From contig JAVKOQ020000029.1 of NCBI GenBank assembly GCA_031835245.2, positions 62,001-126,000 on the forward strand: a stretch of 64,000 nucleotides of DNA, in the 5' to 3' direction. A program made the position numbers and the translations under genes. Positions within the stretch are counted from its first letter, which is position 1. Every line of letters begins with the position of its first letter. This DNA comes from Balamuthia mandrillaris. Lineage: Eukaryota. This document shows, in pieces, positions 59,352 through 64,000 of this stretch. The notes under the pieces are model-generated. The model had not been told where the DNA came from. It saw nothing but the letters and a program-made list of their open reading frames with translations, and did not search any database.

Positions 59352-61020
59352 TTAATATTCTTTGAAGATGGGAATGTAGTTGTTGATCTGCTTCTTCATC
59401 TTTTGGCTGATGCACTCCGCGATCCAAACGATGTTGCGGATCTCTTGCTCCTTCAGCTTCACGTAAGAGTAGAAGACGCCGTACTGCATCTGCCTGTCGA
59501 ACGACAACTGGTTCAGCTTCACCTCGTACTCAAAGAAGGTGTCCTCCAATGACTTGTCCGAGTTGAAGCCGGACTCTTGGAACAATCGCCCATATACCTT
59601 TTTTTTAAACAACCAGAGTAGAAGATAAATATAAAGTAAACAAAATAGAAGGGATGAACTTTTAAAAAAAAAAGCGGGAGAAGAAGGAGAAGCAAAAGAA
59701 GATCCAGGAGAATAGGACAAGAAGAAGAAGAAGAAGAAGAACAAGAACAAGAACAAGAAGATGATGATGATGAACAAGAAGAAGAACAAGAAGAAAAACG
59801 TACAGCATAGCTCTCGACGATGGTTCTCACTTGCTCAACGTCGTCAGCTTTTGCCAAGCGAGCAGTGCCCTCCGGATACAGGAGACCAAAGTTAGGATAA
59901 AGCGTTTGGCGCTCATCCTTTGTGAGCTCCGTTCCGAAAGAGTTGATCGTAATGTTGATCGCCCTTCTGTCTGCCTCAAACTTTTGTTTGCAAAAATCAA
60001 AGTCGGTTTTAAAAAATCCATACAAAACAGAAGAAAGAAAGAAAGAAAGCAAAAAAGAACAAACCTGAAGAATGTTTGCCATGACCTCCTCGGTGGCACC
60101 TCCCAGCTTTTGGCAATACTTGTAAAAGTCCTCCAAGTAGGCCTTGTACAGTGTGTTCCTAATGATTTCGATGTTCATTTCGTCCAAATCCTCCTCCGAC
60201 AGGCATTCCTTGAAGTAAGGTGCTGTTTATTCCGTCAACGCGAGACAATAAGAACCAAGGGACAAAAACGTTGAAGAAGAACAGAACTGATGAAGAAACA
60301 AATAAAAGAAGAGGAGAGCAGCACAACGAGGAAGAGGAGAAGAGAAGAGAAGACAGTTAAGGTGTACCCAAAGGAGTATCAATGAGAACGGTTTGATAAA
60401 GATCAGAAATGCTTCGATCAACGGTGAGGGTCGAAATGGCCTCGAACATGCCCAAAGGGTGGCACTTGTCCAACAGCTCCCTCGTGTCTCTCTCATGGAG
60501 GGTTCCGGTGATGAGCAGCACTATGTTGTCAATCATGTAGCCGTAACTGTTTCGATCGTGAAGGAACAAAGTTTTTTTGTTTAAAAAAATATGTTTCAAA
60601 GAAGAAATGGGAGAAAGAGAAACCGATAGGAAATAAACCGTACGTGATGTAGTCGAGGAAAGTGGACAAGGGTTTGACAGAATTGGCACGCACGTAATCG
60701 AATTCATCGACCAACCTCTGAGTGCACTTTTCGGCGATGGTCGCCGTGTGAATCGGAGATGGCTCATTGGCAAGAAAATCGCCGTAGTCCGTGCCAGCAA
60801 GATGCAACTTCATGTCTGTTTGTGAACAACAAAAAAAAAAGCGCAAGTTTTAAATCATGATACTTTTAAAAAAAGATTTGACCCTCCCCATACCATCGAG
60901 AGTGTCACACTGGCAAAGATTGGCGTAGTCGGCAGGCGTAAGGAAGGCTGAGCGGTAGCCACGCAAGATGGCCTCAGGGAAGCCGTCATCCACGTTGAAG
61001 GTCAACATGCTTCGCAACAT
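59352..61020 (-). CDS. ATP6V0D: V-ATPase V0 subunit d (Vma6)
   Basis: [59 protein letters not shown]. Confidence 0.96.
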
Positions 61021-61288
61021 TTTTTTTCTTTTCTTAAAAAAAAAAAGAGGGTATCCACTACTCCTTTTGAGAAGGAAAAAACAACCAAGTCCCACCAAAG
61101 CAACAGGCAAATAGGCCCTCCTTTTCTTTGCCGTCTTTTTCTTTCTTTGCTACCTTTTTTTTTTGTTTGGGGGTTTGATTTTCGTTTCCTTTTTCTGGCT
61201 GTGACATCAGCTCTAATTTCATGACGACGTGATGTATGCACAGGCGCGAATAAACAACATACGTAAGCTGTATCGAAGAAAAGGAAAT

Positions 61289-63069
61289 CTATGACGTCGA
61301 CTGTGTGTCCTCTGCGGCAGGAGAAGAAGAAGCAAGGGCGCCCTTGAATGTAGCCCAGGAGGGCAGCTCTGTGCGGTGCTTCCATTTGCCTTCGTAGGAA
61401 TAGGAATAGGCATGCAGCCACATGCACAGCTCTTCTGGCAAGGGATCCTCTGCCGGTATATCTTGTCCACATACCTCACATGGCATCATCACGGTGCTGG
61501 CTATTGCTTGTCCCTCTTCATCCTCCTCTCCTGCTTCTTGTTGTTGTTGTTGCTCTTCGTCACCTTCGTTCTCTTTCTCTTTTTCTTTCTCATGGTCTGT
61601 TGTCGTTCTTGTTAGCTGATTTCCATAAAGCGGATCGTTGGCGATAGGGAAGCCCAACCACTGAAGATGGACCCGAATCTGATGAGTCCGACCTGTTGTG
61701 ATGGAGCAGTAAACGATGGAAGTGTTGGAAGCTGCATCATAGGAATGAAACTCGAATGTGGTTTTGGCGGGTTTTCCCTCTGGGGAAACCTTGCAAATGC
61801 CTAACCGATGGTTCACTATGACGATCGGCTCTTCCACGACAATGCTCTTATCCTTTCTATGTTTGTTGGTGAAAATAATAAGCAAAACAAAACAGAGCAA
61901 AGAAGAAGAGAAAGAGAACAAGAGGAACGTTTGAAATGAAATTGGTACCTTGGAAACTCTCCACGGATACGTGCCACGTATACCTTGTTTAACGTGTTTT
62001 CAAGAGCGGCGTCAGGCGATGCTATCTGCTGAGAGAACCGCTCAGCAGCACTACGAGACTTGGCCAACAGGAGAATGCCTGAAGTCAACCTATCCAACCT
62101 ATGTACACCTTGCGTTTGTTTTGCCACAATTATAAACCGGAAAGAGAGCAAGAGAAGAAATAAGAACAGAGGATAGAGGGAAAACCATGAGAACAAGGAG
62201 TGAGAATGTTGCAAACAAAAGAGAGAGTAATAAGAGATATGCTTACAATGAAGGTTGCTAAGACCGTGCTCCTTTGCTAAAATGAAAAGCACCGTGTTGT
62301 GGCGATACCGCCCACACGGATGTACCTATTTGTTGTCATAGACGTAAGCGTTTGAAACGAAGAAAGACAGAAAGAGGTTACCGGAATGGAGGGCGGCTTG
62401 TTCACAACGACCAAGTCCTCATCCTGAGCGAGCAATTGGATGGGTTCGGCGGAGACAGGAGGCTCATGGCGGTGTATGCGGTGCACTACAAGGTCGTGCC
62501 TCTGTATGATGGTGTCTGGACCCACCGTCTTCCCGTTTACAGAGATGTCACCCCTTTCAATCGCTTCTTGCTTGGGTAGTTGTTAGAGAATAGTGAAGAG
62601 AGGTCAAAGAGAAAAGCGAACGGCAGAAGCACTAGACTAAAGGAAGGAGAGAAGGGAAGAGATCACTAGAAAAGAAAGAGAGCAGCGGAAGGGATGAGAT
62701 GAAATGATGGAAAGGTTTGCGACATACGTAGTAAGAGGGGGTATGACCACGAAACTCGGTGAGAAACAGCTGGAGCAGCGTCTTGCCAAGCCAACGTTCC
62801 TTTGCATGGACCTTAAAGTCATAGTAATACGGCCGCACGAATCGCAGCCCATCCCGAAAGAAGTACTCCGTCTCCTCGCGCTGCTCCTCTGGGACGGTCC
62901 CGCCTGCCCTCAATCGTTTTTGCTCTCTCTTGTTCTTCCGCCACTGTTTGCGTTGGGACTTGGAAGGTCGCTCCCTCTGTCGCTTCTTCTGCTGTGGTGG
63001 TGCGGAAGGGCTGGTCGCTGCTCCCTCCTCCTCCTCCTCCTGCTGCGGCGCCTTCTTCTCTTCTTGCAT
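61289..63069 (-). CDS. RluA-family pseudouridine synthase (RPUSD2/Pus9-like)
   Basis: HRHEPPV, VVNKPPSIP|VHP, HRLDRLTSG, TGRTHQIRVHLQWLGFPIANDPLY, MWLHA. Confidence 0.92.
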
Positions 63070-63530
63070 TTTCTCTCTTCCGCTTTTGTTACAATCGGGA
63101 CGTCATGACCATACCGGCACTGGCAACGAGCGGAAGGCTGCAGCTCACCCAGCGGTTTGTTCTCAGCCGACTCAAGAGGCTCCAGAGTTCTGCCGTGTGG
63201 TTTAAACACATGTGGTCCACAGGTGGTTTTCCAAGCTCCAAGAGCACCCCTTGTTTCTTTATCCTGCTTGCACAATCCTTCAGAGAATTCCTCCGCACAA
63301 TGCTTCTCTCCACAGCGTCAAACTCATTGACGAGTCTATCCACAACGTCATGCCTCAGCACAACCTCCCGGTACCAAGACCACATAATGCAAACGATGAG
63401 CGTGAAGGAAGGACAAAGCAGTAAAAAAACAAGCATGAACAGTTTTGAGGGATCAAGCGAAAAATAGTATTGGTGAATAAAGAAAAAGCGAGACCAGTCA
63501 TTGCTGAGAGGTTATATCATCCTTCACATG

Positions 63531-64000
63531 TTACTCTGCCTTGATGGGAGCAACTACGGGAACATGGTGGCAAGGGCATCTGCACTCAGAGCATCCATGA
63601 CGTCCACCACCACGATGCCATCTCCCTTCTTCCTTCCTGGTCTTCCATCCACCATAGCGAGCGGAGTTCTCCAGCTTCCACAGCTTCTTCTTGGCTTTCC
63701 AGGCTTGCTTCATCCCCTCTCGGGCTTGCTGCCATTGCTGCTTCTCCTCCTTCCTCTGCCACTTGGCCTCGCGGCGCAGCAGAGCCTCCACCACTCGCCC
63801 CACATCTCCGTCGTGCTTGTTCAGCAGGCGAAGGTTCAGGCCTTGGCGAGTGAATCCCATGCTCTCCAGCTGATGAAGGGCCGCCTCCCGCTCTTCCAGA
63901 TGGGCTCTGACCTTGTCCACGTCTCCTCCGAACTTGGCCAACAAGCGGCGGTTCTGCTGAGGGCGGTTGTGGAACCCCGCATCCCTCAAGGCATTCATCT
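63531..64000 (-). CDS. 3' end of a gene with tandem UBA-like domains (NBR1 C-terminal type)
   Basis: ALRDAGF..NRRLLAKFGGDVDKVRAHL and QLESMGF..NLRLLNKHDGDVGRVVEALL; the gene runs off the window. Confidence 0.7.
   Translation of the reverse strand, partial: MNALRDAGFHNRPQQNRRLLAKFGGDVDKVRAHLEEREAALHQLESMGFTRQGLNLRLLNKHDGDVGRVVEALLRREAKWQRKEEKQQWQQAREGMKQAWKAKKKLWKLENSARYGGWKTRKEEGRWHRGGGRHGCSECRCPCHHVPVVAPIKAE

Noticed and set aside
22728..61020. SMCR8, TBC, S6K, alpha-SNAP and V-ATPase d as a TOR/lysosome gene cluster
   Set aside because: Interspersed with unrelated housekeeping genes; chance adjacency is sufficient.

Overview
Gene-dense, intron-rich eukaryotic nuclear DNA with short GT-AG introns that often carry (TC)n tracts on the sense strand. 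Gene content and style suggest a free-living amoebozoan (Acanthamoeba/Balamuthia-like); this is inference. About 27 protein genes were reconstructed by manual exon joining: a papain-like protein, MPC1 and MPC2, a secreted Q/E-rich protein, an FkbM methyltransferase, a VWA protein, a PARP6/8-like enzyme, a Rho GTPase, an LRR-kinase, SMCR8, a TBC RabGAP, an SR protein, S6K, a type-I membrane protein, TXNL1, alpha-SNAP, PIG-A, an LRR protein, TRM5, UCH, SMCO4, ValRS, a YbaB/EbfC-like protein, V-ATPase d, an RluA pseudouridine synthase and a partial UBA protein. Highlights: (1) two inverted copies, about 26 kb apart, of an intronless secreted (VxYDGGD)n repeat gene with shared promoter and signs of concerted evolution; (2) a spliced YbaB/EbfC homologue with a probable mitochondrial presequence; (3) MPC1 and MPC2 head-to-head; (4) an intronic C/D snoRNA in ValRS and an H/ACA-like candidate in TRM5; (5) a papain-like protein with catalytic Cys replaced by Asp; (6) a Rho GTPase with natural F28L/P29N-equivalent residues. 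CDS coordinates are gene spans including introns. No database searches were run.
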